Shown here in pieces: positions 16,530 to 29,401 of a stretch of 64,000 nucleotides of DNA. A program made the position numbers and the translations under genes. Numbering within the stretch: position 1 is the first letter of the stretch; each line of letters starts with the position of its first letter. Below the pieces are notes generated by a model. That model was not told the origin of the DNA. It was given only the letters and a program-made list of their open reading frames with translations, and did not search any database. This stretch comes from the human T2T-CHM13v2.0 reference genome, Homo sapiens: NCBI RefSeq assembly GCF_009914755.1, contig NC_060936.1, one strand, 5' to 3'.

Positions 16530-16560
16530 TTTTTTTTTTTTTTTTTTTTGAGACGGAGTC
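16530..16560 (-). mobile_element. Extremely 5'-truncated Alu (about 11 nt of body plus poly(A))
   Basis: T-run plus GAGACGGAGTC between 12-bp direct repeats TCACTCTGCTTT (16518-16529, 16561-16572). Confidence 0.8.
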
Positions 16561-16695
16561 TCACTCTGCTTTACTGTTTGATGTCCAATGTCTGAAAATT
16601 CCTGTTTCATGTATTTATCCAGTTTTTCAGGCAAGAGGCTAAGTCTGGTCCTGGTTACCCCAATGTTAGTTGAAAGTGCAAATCATCCCCTTTGA

Positions 16696-17317
<622 letters not shown>

Positions 17318-17729
17318 CTTAAATTCTTATATATATATGTAGTGGGACCCATATCTGGTCCGTTGAGCTGACCCAATGCCAGTACATGACTGTTTCAATT
17401 ACTGAGACTCCATGATAATATATAAAATTTTAAAGCATTTGTAATCCTCCTCCCATTACCTTCCGAATTCAAAAGTATTTGTTTATCTTTCTAGATGAAC
17501 CTTTGGATCATTGTGCAAAGTTCTCCCCAACCAAGACCCAATTCTCTGATACATTTTTGGTAACATTTTAATTATAATTCCATAAAACTTATACATTAGT
17601 TTTAGAATATTTGGCAACTTTACAATATCAATCTTTCTATCTGAAAACATGACGTAGCTTTCTATTTCTCAAAACTCCAGCTCACACACATTAAGGTTAT
17701 TGTTGTTTTCTTAGACTTAATTTCCTCAT

Positions 17730-17955
17730 ATATTTTCTTTCTTTTCTTCCTTCTTTCCTTCCTTTTCCCTTCCTTTGCCCTTCCCTTCCCTTCCCTTCCA
17801 TTCCATTCCCTTCCTTCTTTTTTGAGACAGGTTTTCTTAGATTTAACTTATCTTCCTTCCCTCCCTCCCTCCCTCCCTCCCTCCCTCCCTTCCTTCCTTC
17901 CTTCTTTCCCTCTCTCTCTTTCTCTCTCTCTCTCTTTCTTTCTTTCTCTCTTTTT
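17730..17955. repeat. Polypyrimidine microsatellite complex (CCCTT/CCATT/CCCT/CCTT/CT)
   Basis: Directly visible. Confidence 0.9.
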
Positions 17956-18232
17956 TGAGACAGGGTCTCACTCCCATCACCCAGGCTGGAGTGCAGTGGC
18001 ATGCTCATAACTCACTACAACCTCAACTTCCGGGGTTTCAGGTGATCCTCCCACCTCAGCCTCCTGAGTAGCTGGGAGGTGTGCATCACCACGCCCAGCT
18101 AATATTTTGTTTTTTGTAGAGAAGGGGATTTGCCATGTTGTCCAGGCTGGTCCCAAACTCCTGGGCTCAACTGATCTGACTGCCTTGGCCTCCCAAAATG
18201 CTGGGATTACAGACATGAGCCACCATGTCCCA
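17950..18232 (-). mobile_element. AluJ
   Basis: Antisense dimeric Alu. Confidence 0.85.
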
Positions 18233-18436
18233 CCTTCTTGTGTATTTTCTAATTAATAAAGTTAGTTTACTTAGGTTAATATGTTAGGTTAATAAAACAT
18301 AAATATGTTAATATATAAGTAAATAACATATATATATAGCATACATAAAAATATGTTAATATATAAATAAAACATAACATGTTAGGTTAATAAAACATAA
18401 AACTTAGGTTAATTTGTTAGGTTAATAAAACATGAC

Positions 18437-18801
<365 letters not shown>

Positions 18802-18859
18802 CTACCATATCAGTTGCAAATAATATATTTTCTCTTTCCCCATGCATATATTTTTATTG

Positions 18860-19267
18860 CTTTATGCTACACTCCAAATCTCATGTTGGAATTTGGTCCC
18901 CAATGTCAGAGGTGGGGCTTAGTGAAAGATGCTTAGGTCATGGGGGTAGACTCCTTATGAATGGCTTGTTGCAATCCTCATAGGAATGAGTGAGTTCTTA
19001 CTCTCTTAGTTTCCACAAGAGCTCCTTGTTGAAAAGAGCCTGGCACCTGCTTCCCCTCCCCGTTGCTTCTCCTTGCACCATGTGGTCTCTGTACACATGT
19101 TTCCCTTCTGCCATGAGTGGAAGCAGCCTGAAGCCCCCACCAGAAATAAACACTGGCACCACACTTCTTGTGCAGCCAGCAGAACTGTGAGCCAAATAAA
19201 CCTCTTTTCTTTATAAATTGCCCAGCCTTAAGTATTCCTCTACAGCAACATAAATAGGCAGAGACAC
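18860..19267 (+). mobile_element. MST-type MaLR LTR
   Basis: CCAAATCTCATGTTG...AGAACTGTGAGCCAAATAAACCTCTTTTCTTTATAAATTGCCCAG. Confidence 0.75.
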
Positions 19268-19442
19268 TTTATATCTGAAATTAGCTCAAGTTTCCAAATT
19301 AATGATATACAATAACAGAGATAGTGAAAATCTTAGTTTAGATCCTGCTTAAAAAAATATCTATTTAGATAAAAAACATTGAAGCAGATGATTTTAGAGT
19401 TAGGGATATTTAGTTCATGAAAGTTGAGTATAAGTAACTTAC

Positions 19443-19600
19443 TTGCTAATATTTTTGGAAGGATGATATTTGCTTTACTTTTTGATGCCTGTGCTCTTTT
19501 TAGTGCTTGCTGGATTTGCCAATGTTTTGGAGACACTTGCAGCAGAAAAAAACCATATTTCATATACTCCCTGAGGAGGAATTCTGTTTTTGCTATTTCA
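19443..19600 (-). CDS. CCDC38: CCDC38 exon 8, EIAKTEFLLREYMKYGFFLLQVSPKHWQ...LPKILA(K)
   Basis: gagtAG|TGAAAT...GCAA|GTaagt; 158 nt (cumulative 772); ORF 19333..19617. Confidence 0.94.
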
Positions 19601-19924
19601 CTACTCAAAAGAAACAAAGATATGATTAGGTATATCAGTGTGAAAGCACATTCATTAGAAAAAAATTTTTATAAAATTGTTTCTCTTATGTACTGAATTA
19701 ATAATTTAATTATCAAAAAGGATAAATATGGCCATAAAAATATGGGCTTCAGTGAATATGAAATGAGATGAAGGAAAACTCTAGGAATGCTGTTTAAATA
19801 AAACATGTCCAAGGATATGCACACATAGAATAGACATGATAGTTTTACTCGACTTGTTTATTATTTCTGTAGGAAACACTGTATTAAGTTTTAGATATAG
19901 GGAGAAATTAGAAGGTAGCAAAAG

Positions 19925-20573
<649 letters not shown>

Positions 20574-21782
20574 CTAACACTTAATGAGGACCTATTACTA
20601 CAGGCAGGACACACTACAGACATAAGCTGATCCTCAGGACAGCACTTTAAAATAGGTACTATTATTCTTATCTTGGAAAGGAGATGTAAATGGTAGAGCC
20701 AGCACTCAAACCTAGGTCCATCTGACTCAGATGCCCAAGCTCTTGCCAATATTGAGTGACTTGGACCAAAAGCTTTTGCCCAGCTTCACATTGCGTTATA
20801 GTAATTACATTACAAAGTGGACAAAGAGGGATGTTAAAATAACAAAAGATGGCCCACTTGAAAGGGAGCTTCCAAACCTTTATCTGAAAGATATCAATAT
20901 TACTTTGTATCAATGTTTTCAGCTTTAATACTTCTATCTGTCAGAGCCTTCCTTCAGCCCTGGTGCAAGAGTGATATTCAAGGGTCAGTAAATGGCTGCT
21001 TCACGTATCACCAGTTGGAAGATTGATGGGAGACCTTCATTCTACTGCTGCCTCCGTTTTAGATTGAAATCCTCCCAGATATGCTACAAAGAACACGAGG
21101 TGACAATTGGCTGGAAAGATACAGTTTCCAAGCAAAAGCTTCAGAAGATGCCCCCTTCCCTTTCCAGCCCTACCCGTAGAGGAGGCCTCCTGGGGCCATC
21201 TCGAGCCATAAAGAGAGAAGAGCACCTGCTGCCCTTGCTCCACTACAGGCTTGTTTTTCATGATCTCCTGCACCTTTCTAGGATGATGTGATACATCAAC
21301 GATCAAGTTATCTTCAGCAAGACCATTTGGAGGGCTCAACTTGGCGGCTATTGTGCATAAATGCAATACTTTGCACAAAAATAGAGGCTGCTACTCTAGC
21401 TCTAGAAATATTCTATAAATGGATAGAAACTTCTAATTGCATCGGGGGTGAAAGAGAGAAGGAAATTCTCCATCTTGGAGCAGCTTCAGCTTTAGGCTCC
21501 TAAAATAGAAGAGCCTGCTGTAGCCAGAATATGAAATGCACATTCTGTTAGTGCAGTTGGTTTCAGAGAAACCAACTCTGCTTTATTTCAGACTCGCTTG
21601 TCTGAAGGATGTAAGAAGCCTAGGACCTAGTTCTAGAGGGGAGGTAAGCATCAAGTTCTCAAAAAGGAAAAGTAAGTTTTAGCATTGACCTGATACCAAC
21701 ACTACAGTGTATTCTGAATCATGAAATTACTGTCCAAAAATGATGACAGAAGGAAGCTTCTTTAGCTACTTAAAATTAGTTA

Positions 21783-22090
21783 GGCCGGGCGCGGTGACTC
21801 ACGCCTGTAATCCCAGCACTTTGGGAGGCTGAGGTGGGTGGATTGTCTGAGGTCAGGAGTTTGAGACTAGCTTGGCTAACGTGGTGAAACCCCATTTCTA
21901 CCAAAAATACAAAAAATGAGCCAAGCGTGGAGGTGGGCACCTGTAATCCCAGCTACTCAAGTGGATGAGGCAGGAGAATCGCTTGAACCTAGGAGGTGGA
22001 GGTTTCAGTGAGCCGAGATCATGCCATTGCACTCCAGCTTGGGCAACAAAAGTGAAACTCCCTCTCAAAAAAAAAAAAAAAAAAAAAAAA
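21783..22090 (+). mobile_element. AluS
   Basis: Full Alu, TSD AAAATTAGTT. Confidence 0.92.
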
Positions 22091-22210
22091 TTAGTTCAAG
22101 TGAGTTTCCTTGACCATAGAAGGAAACATCCAAGTTTGAAAAAGAGTGGCAGATGGTACAATTTTATCCCAACTCCTGCTCCAATGCTTTTTTCTCTTTA
22201 TAGATCTTAG

Positions 22211-22343
22211 TTTTTTATTTTTATTTATTTTTACTAAAGATGGGGTCCCACTGTGTTGCTAAGACTTCACTTGAACTCCTGGGCTCAAGCGATCCTCCCG
22301 CCTCAGCTTCCAAAGGAGCTGAGAGGCAAGCAGTGTGCCCAGC
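22211..22343 (-). mobile_element. FLAM / Alu monomer
   Basis: Single-arm Alu-like sequence flanked by AGATCTTAGTTTTT repeats. Confidence 0.7.
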
Positions 22344-22841
22344 AGATCTTAGTTTTTAATAGCAATACTAGTTTCTACTATGTAAGCGTAAATATAAAAA
22401 ATACTGCCCATGATGACTGTAAGATGATCGTAGAATGAGTCCCAATTTCAGAGATGTTAAAATGTGGGGGAAAAAATGTCTCAGAATGAATGCAAAAGTG
22501 CAACCAGACTAAACTAAAAATATAAAAAGAAAAAAATGAATGAATGAGGAAGGGCACTTAGATAATAATTTATTGTTTATTCCTAATTGTTTTGCTTCAT
22601 CTAACTTCTTTGCTTCTGTATCTACAAGTTAGAGAGACTTTCCAACCGGAAGCCACATACTGTCCTGATACCCAGGCAGGAACAAATCTTGATGGACAGG
22701 TTACTTATTTTTTAAAATTCGTTCATACTTATGACATCATCAACTGATAAGGATGATCAGGATTATTAGGTCTTACCTGGCATGAATAGGTTTTAATGGG
22801 TCGTGGAAATTTGGCCACGAGAAGATTGTGCCCACCCTCAC

Positions 22842-22922
22842 CTTTTCACTGCTTGTACCTCCATGCTTGCTTTCTTCAGCTCTGCTGTCATTTGGAGTTT
22901 GTTTATTGTTTCCTGTGCTGCC
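22842..22922 (-). CDS. CCDC38: CCDC38 exon 7, AAQETINKLQMTAELKKASMEVQAVK(S)
   Basis: ttttcAG|GGCAGC...AAAAG|GTgagg; 81 nt (cumulative 614). Confidence 0.94.
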
Positions 22923-23028
22923 CTGAAAAGCAATGAAGATCTGTTAATTTGCTTCTTAGAAACAAACAAACAAACAAACAAACAAACAAAAGAGGTGGGA
23001 AGGATTTGGCCAGAGTGATGAAACAAAC

Positions 23029-23192
23029 ATTTTCAGAGCGTCTACAGATCTCTGGTCATTTTCTCGAAGGAACTCTTCAAAGGCCAGTGCATCATCTTGG
23101 AGCTTTTTCTCTGCTTTTTTTAGTTGCCGTTCCCTCATTGCTATGTCTTTTTCAAACTTTTTGATTGTGTTTCTTTTGGTTGACAAAGCATA
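23029..23192 (-). CDS. CCDC38: CCDC38 exon 6, YALSTKRNTIKKFEKDIAMRERQLKKAEKKLQDDALAFEEFLRENDQRSVDALK(M)
   Basis: ccctAG|TATGCT...AAAAT|GTttgt; 164 nt (cumulative 533); FEEFLREND motif of the DUF4200 family; ORF 22956..23186. Confidence 0.95.
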
Positions 23193-23696
23193 CTAGGGGC
23201 ATTGAAGACAGAGGTGTAAAAACATGATTCCACATTTTTAGTAATTTCAACAGTCTTATACACAGCAAGTGAACATTTGTATTAGAAATAATAGTACGCC
23301 TAAATCTTGGAGCAATGGACTTTATTTCTTGAAGGAGTTTTATTTTCAGGGATAATTAGAGGGGAGACTAATTTCCCTCCCTTACTTCTATGAAGAGGGT
23401 CAGTGTTGTTCCAAAAGGGCTCTGCCCTACAAATAAAAAATAGCTGCATATTCCTCCAAAGAGCAGGTGCATCTGGTATTACCTACAGTGTATTACCCTC
23501 CAGTACTTTCTGGGAATTGGGAAACTGGGTTGTCTGCAGTCACAAAAGCTACCAGCTTCTCCGCCAATAGGAAGACCATGGGAGAAAGCAGTTTCAACTC
23601 TGCCATGCCAGTGATGCATTCCTGGGAGCCAGCCCAAGGGTACCACATCTAACTGTAATCAAAGAGGCCTGTTTAGATCCCCAAACACAACTTTGA

Positions 23697-24060
<364 letters not shown>

Positions 24061-24507
24061 TATTTGGGTTTTTAATACCATGCAGGAAAAAAATAAATCA
24101 TAAATAAGGCCACATACATAATATAAATGAATTGAAAATATGGAAATGAGATGATTTTAAAGAGATAACAACCAATAATTAGACCCTCCAAGTTTATAGC
24201 AAAAAATGCTTCATTCATTACTTTATTCCGCAAGTACTTACTGAGTGCCTACTGTGTGCCAGGACTGTTTTAAGGGGTGTAAATAGAGTGATGAACCAAA
24301 GAAACATAAATGCTTGTATGGAGTGTCCATTCTAGAAGAGGAAGGAAGCTGATGAAAGCGGGATGGGGTGCTGTGGACAAGGGCAGGGGGTTGCTATCAT
24401 GTATAGAACAGCCAAGGAAAGTCTCCCTGATGTGGTGAGAATTAAACAGAGACTGGAAGGAAGTAGGAAACCAATCATGAGGATTTCTGAGGGAGGAATG
24501 TTCCTCC

Positions 24508-24587
24508 TATTAGGTTGGTGAAAAAGTAATTGTGGTTTTTGCCATTGAAATAGCAAAAACCACAGTTGTTTTTGCACCAGCCTAATA
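24508..24587. mobile_element. MADE1 (Hsmar1-derived MITE)
   Basis: 80-bp imperfect palindrome TATTAGGTTGGTGAAAAAGTAATTG...TTTTGCACCAGCCTAATA with TA ends. Confidence 0.9.
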
Positions 24588-24692
24588 TAAGGAAGAGCCT
24601 CCAGTGCATCAGCCTGGAGACAAGAGAGTGATTGGTGTGTCCCAGGAACAGCAAAGAGACCACCAAGGCTGGAGCAGAGTGAGCAAGAGAAA

Positions 24693-25380
24693 GGGTTTGA
24701 ATCATAATCCCTAATACACAATACTGAATGCCATAATCCCAAATGTCAAAATCCCGAAAGATCAAAATTCTAAAATCCCTAATGTCTAAAATCCTGAAAA
24801 TCAAAATCACAGGATAGTGGCATCATGTTAGACAAAACTATTACCTTGTTATCGTCTTTATTCAGACGAAAACGGATTTCAGTTGAGTCTCCAAACAATA
24901 TGTTGACATAATGACAGATTTGGAATTAGGGGTGATCAAAGACTTCTAAAAAAATTTCAAAGTGTTATTGATAAAGTTTATTTGATGACTGCAGTTGTAA
25001 AGCTGGGTGCACAAATTACCAACCATAGCAATATTCATTTATACATTTTGCTTTTGGATCTATTTCTTTCTGCATATAGTTAGTCTGCTCATAATGGTTA
25101 CACCTGTGCAATTGTCATTAGAATGCCTGAGTATTTGTACTGGCAAAAATACATATGTTGCTGTTATTGCCTACTTCATTGTGCAAAGTGGCTTAACAGG
25201 TGGTCTGTCATGTTGTTATATGTTCTCAAAAAAATCCCCCTTTAAAAATGTAAATAAATAAATAAATATCTTTTAAAAATGTTTTAAGTTTACATTTTCC
25301 AGAACTATATTTTTGAGATTTTGATCTTTCAGGATTTCAGTGTTTGGGATTATGGCATTTTGGATCGTTGTCTTTTGGGA
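24693..25380 (+). mobile_element. Ricksha-type MULE/MuDR non-autonomous DNA transposon
   Basis: Starts GGGTTTGAATCATAATCCC; long imperfect TIRs; 9-bp TSD CAAGAGAAA (24684-24692, 25381-25389). Confidence 0.75.
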
Positions 25381-26419
25381 CAAGAGAAAGAGTGATAGGA
25401 GTGAGGTCAGAGAGTAAGCTGGGGACCAGATCAAGTCGCTAGAGGCCTTTGGCAGAGGAAGGGCATGATCCTATCACTGTATGGAGAACAGACAGACTGC
25501 AGGGGAGCAACAGTAGAAGCAGGAGACCCAGGTTTAGAAGTTATAACCCTAATACATGCTAGAGATGTTGGTGGCTTGGACTGCAGTAGTAGCTGTGGAG
25601 GTCATGAACAGTAGTCTGATTATGGATATATTTTGAAAAAGAATATTTTTGAAGATCTGTTTGGATGTGGATTGTAAAAAGGAGTCAAGGATAACCCCAA
25701 TATTTTTGGTCTAAGCAAGTGGAAAAATGGAATTGCTATTTAGTGAGCCAGGGACTATGGTATGAGATACAGACTTGCAGGGGTAGGAAAGAGTATATTA
25801 GGGGCGGAGTTTAGGAAACATGAAGTCTGAAATGGTTATTGAACATCTCGATGGGAAATGTTAAGAATTACAGTTGCATCTGTGAGCCTGGAGTTCAGGG
25901 AAGAAGATCAAGCTAGAGAAATAAATTTGGAAGTTGTTAATATGGAGGTGGAATTCGAAGACATGAGCCTGAAGGAGGGTAGACAGAGCAAAGGGTAAGG
26001 AATGGGCCCTGGACATTCCAACACTTGAAGATCAGGGAGAAGAGGAGAACAAGCACATAAAACTGAGAAGCAGCAGCAGTTAGCAAGGTGGAAGAGTCGA
26101 GAGAGTGGCTCCCAGAAACCCACAGAAGATAGTATTTCAAAAAAGGTGTGAATAGACCAATTGCTGCTGAAAGGCCAAGTGTTAAATAAAAGGAATACTG
26201 TGACAATTTGATTTAGCAACAGAGAAGTCTCTGGTAACTTTGACAAAAGTCGTTTTGGTGAATGATAAGGACAAAACCCTGATGGAAGTGGATTTAGCAG
26301 AGAATAGGGAGAGAAGAAGTGGAGGCAGGAAATAAGTATAATGCTTTTGAAAAATTTTGCTATAAAGGAGAGCAGAAAATTGGGGCAGAAGATGGTATGT
26401 AATGTGATATCTAAAGAGG

Positions 26420-26514
26420 GTCCCAACTCTGCTATAAATAAAAAAATAAAGATGCCATGAAACCACTTCAGTTTTTGAAAACTATTACAAGTTACCCAGA
26501 GTTAGCCAAACTGA
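26420..26514 (+). repeat. Dispersed direct duplication of 28684-28778 (95 bp, 2 mismatches)
   Basis: Base-by-base comparison at offset 2264; flanked by the 17-bp repeat TGATATCTAAAGAGGGT. Confidence 0.92.
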
Positions 26515-26654
26515 TATCTAAAGAGGGTTTTTGGGGTGGGGTTGTTTTAAAAGATGGGGTAAATAATAGGATGTTTGTATGTTGGTGGCAATAATCCAGC
26601 AGAGAGGGAAAAATAATAATTAGAAAAGATCAGTAATTGTAGAATCATTTTCAT

Positions 26655-28640
26655 AATTTTTTTCTAGTTTAATTGAGGTATAACTATCCAATAAACTCCA
26701 CATTTTTAAAGTATACAATCTGTTAAGTTTTGACATATGTATATACTTGGGAAATCATCACCACAATCAAAACAATGAACATATTCATCACCTCAAAAAG
26801 TCTACTCAAGCCCTTTGTAATCCATCCCTTCTTCCCTCCTCCCCACCTCCTTTCCCAGGCAATTACTGACCTGTCTTCTGTCACTATAGACGAACTTGCA
26901 TTTTCTAGAATTTTATCTAGTGAAATTATAGTATGAACTATTTTTCTGTCTGGATTTATAAACTTAGTACAACTATTTTAAGAGTCATCCATGTTGGTAG
27001 AATATCCATAACTAATTCCTTTTTATTGCTGAGTAGTAATCAGTTATGTTGATATACCCCAGTTTGGTTACCCATTTACCTGTTCATGGACATTTTGCTT
27101 GTTTCCTACATTGGGCTACTTCAAATAAGGTTGCTATGAGCACATATGCTTTTATTTTTCTTGGATAAATTCCCAGGAGTGGAATGGCTATAAATAAGAA
27201 ACTGTTCTTTATTTCTGACCCAGGAGTCTGGTGTCTTCTATTGAAACTATGAAACTGCAGCAGACTAACTTCTTAGCTTGCAAGTAGGATAGCATTTTAG
27301 ATCCTTCATAGCTCTTGAAACTAGGTCCTTTGCATTTCCATAAAAAATTTAGAATCAGCCTTTCAATTTCTACAAGAAAGACGCCTGGGATTTGTACTGA
27401 GATTGCATTTATAGATTAAATAAATTATTTAATCTATAAACCAATCTGGAAAGATTTGGCATCTCAGCAATATTGAGTCTTTGGATCAATGAACATGGTA
27501 TCACTCTCCATTTATTTAGGTCTTTAATTTTTCTCTGCAATGTCTTGTAGTTTTCAGTGTACATCTATTGTACATATTTTACAAACATATCTAGAATTAT
27601 TTCATATTTTGATGCTGTTGGACATGGCATTGCTTTTTAAATTTTAGTTTCTTAATTCTTCATTACAAGTTTATAAAAATACAATTGATTTCTGTAAATT
27701 GACCTTGCTACAACCTTGCTAAACTCATAGGTTATGGTAGTTTTAAAATAGATTTCTTCAGATTTTCTGCAGAGAGGATCGTGTTGTCTGTAAATAAAGA
27801 CAGCTTTAATTCTTCATTTCCAATCTAAATGTCTTTCATTTTTTTTTCTTGTCTTATTGCACTAGCTAGGACCTCCAGAACACTGACAAAAAGAAGTGGT
27901 GCAGTGGAAATCCTTGCCTTGTTCCTAATCTTAGGGGGAAAGCATTCAGTCTTTTACCATTAGATATGTAATGTTAGTGATAAGTTTCTAGTAGATGTCC
28001 TTTTATAAAGTTGAGGAACTTCTCTTCTGTTCCTACTTTGCTGAGAGTCTCCATCAAGAATGAATTTTGGATATTGTTGAGTGGTTTTTCTGCATCAATT
28101 GGGATAATCATATGGGTTTTCATTTTTAATTTGTTAATGTGTATTACATTGATTTATTTTTAAATGTTAAATTACTTTTGTATTCTTAGATTAAACCCTA
28201 ATTTGTCATAATGTATTATCTTTTTAGTATTATTGGATTTGGTTTGTTACATTTTGTTCAGAATGTTTGCATATTTGCTTACGAGAGATCTTGGTCTTTA
28301 GCTTTCTTGTCTTCTAATCATTTTATCTAGTTTTGATATGAGGGTAATGCTGGCTTCACAGCATGAGTTGTGAGGTATTCCCTCTTCTTACTCATTTTTT
28401 TGGAACAGTGTGTATAAAATTAAATTTATTTCTTCTTTAAATATTTGGCAGAATTAACCAATAAATCTGGGTTTTTCTTTGTGAGAAGTTTTTTACCTGT
28501 AAGTTCAATTTCTTTAAGAGACATAAAGCTACCATTTATTTCTTTCTTCTTGGGTAGGCTTTGGTAGTTTGCATCTTTCAAGGAATCTATTTCATCTAAG
28601 TTGTCAAATTTATTGGCATAAAGTGTTTATAATATTAAAT
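26655..28640 (-). mobile_element. L1M fragments (3' end and ORF2)
   Basis: Antisense L1 motifs (CTTAGGGGGAAAGCATTCAGTC, AAGTTGAGGAACTTCTCTTCTG). Confidence 0.75.
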
Positions 28641-28789
28641 TCATAATATGTCAATGTTAATAATTTTTAAATGGGTATTTCATGTCCCAACTCTGCTATA
28701 AATAAAAAAATAAAGATGCCATGAAGCCACTTCAGTTTTTGAAAACTATTACAAGTTACCCAGAGTTAGCCAAATTGAAAATTTCATAT

Positions 28790-29400
28790 CATAGTCCCCA
28801 AGACTGCTCTCACTTCTGACACTGACCGCAAGTTTGAGGGGTTCCCCCAAATACCGTCAGTTTTGATAATTTTCTGGAAGGACTCACAAACTCACTGAAA
28901 GCTATTATACTCATGGGTATAGTTTATTAAAAGGAAAGAATATGCATTGAAATCATCCAAAGGAAGAGACCCATAAGGCAGAGCCTGAGTAAGTTCTAAA
29001 TGCAAAGCTTCCAGTGTTCCCTCCCCATGGAACTAGGAGGTGTTATCCTCCCTGCATCTACATGTGACAACGCACAGAGAATATTGTCAACAAGGGAAGC
29101 AGAAATGAGCTTCAGTGTCTAGAGTTTTCACTGGGGCTTCATTAACTAGGCATGATTAATTGATTGACCATGTGGTTGATCTGTCTCCAGTCTCCAGACC
29201 CTCTGAGTGTGACCCAAAGCCCCACCTCTAAGTCCCATTGTTAATATTTCTGGGATGGGCAGCCTCCACCCTAAGACTGTCAGATGTGACCAGTTCTATA
29301 TTAAAGAAAGACAGCCTGATTAAGTATGATATAGATTACCACCCGGAAGTCAAGAGCAAAGGCCAGACTCTTTCTGGACAAGGCCAGATTTTTTACTACA
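28790..29400. mobile_element. LTR fragment (MER21-like)
   Basis: CCCCAAGACTGCTCTCACTTCTGACAC...GGACTCACAAACTCACTGAAAGC resembles MER21 from memory. Confidence 0.55.
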
Positions 29401-29401
29401 A

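Larger units (their letters stand above)
24210..26620. mobile_element. L2 fossil hosting MADE1, Ricksha and the templated insertion
   Basis: L2 3' motif TTCATTCATT...ACTGAGTGCCTACTGTGTGCCAGG and further L2-like motifs; boundaries approximate. Confidence 0.65.

Noticed and set aside
25908-26466. Hydrophobic 172/89/94-aa minus-strand ORFs resembling membrane proteins
   Set aside because: Pyrimidine-rich strand of an L2 fossil; compositional artefact
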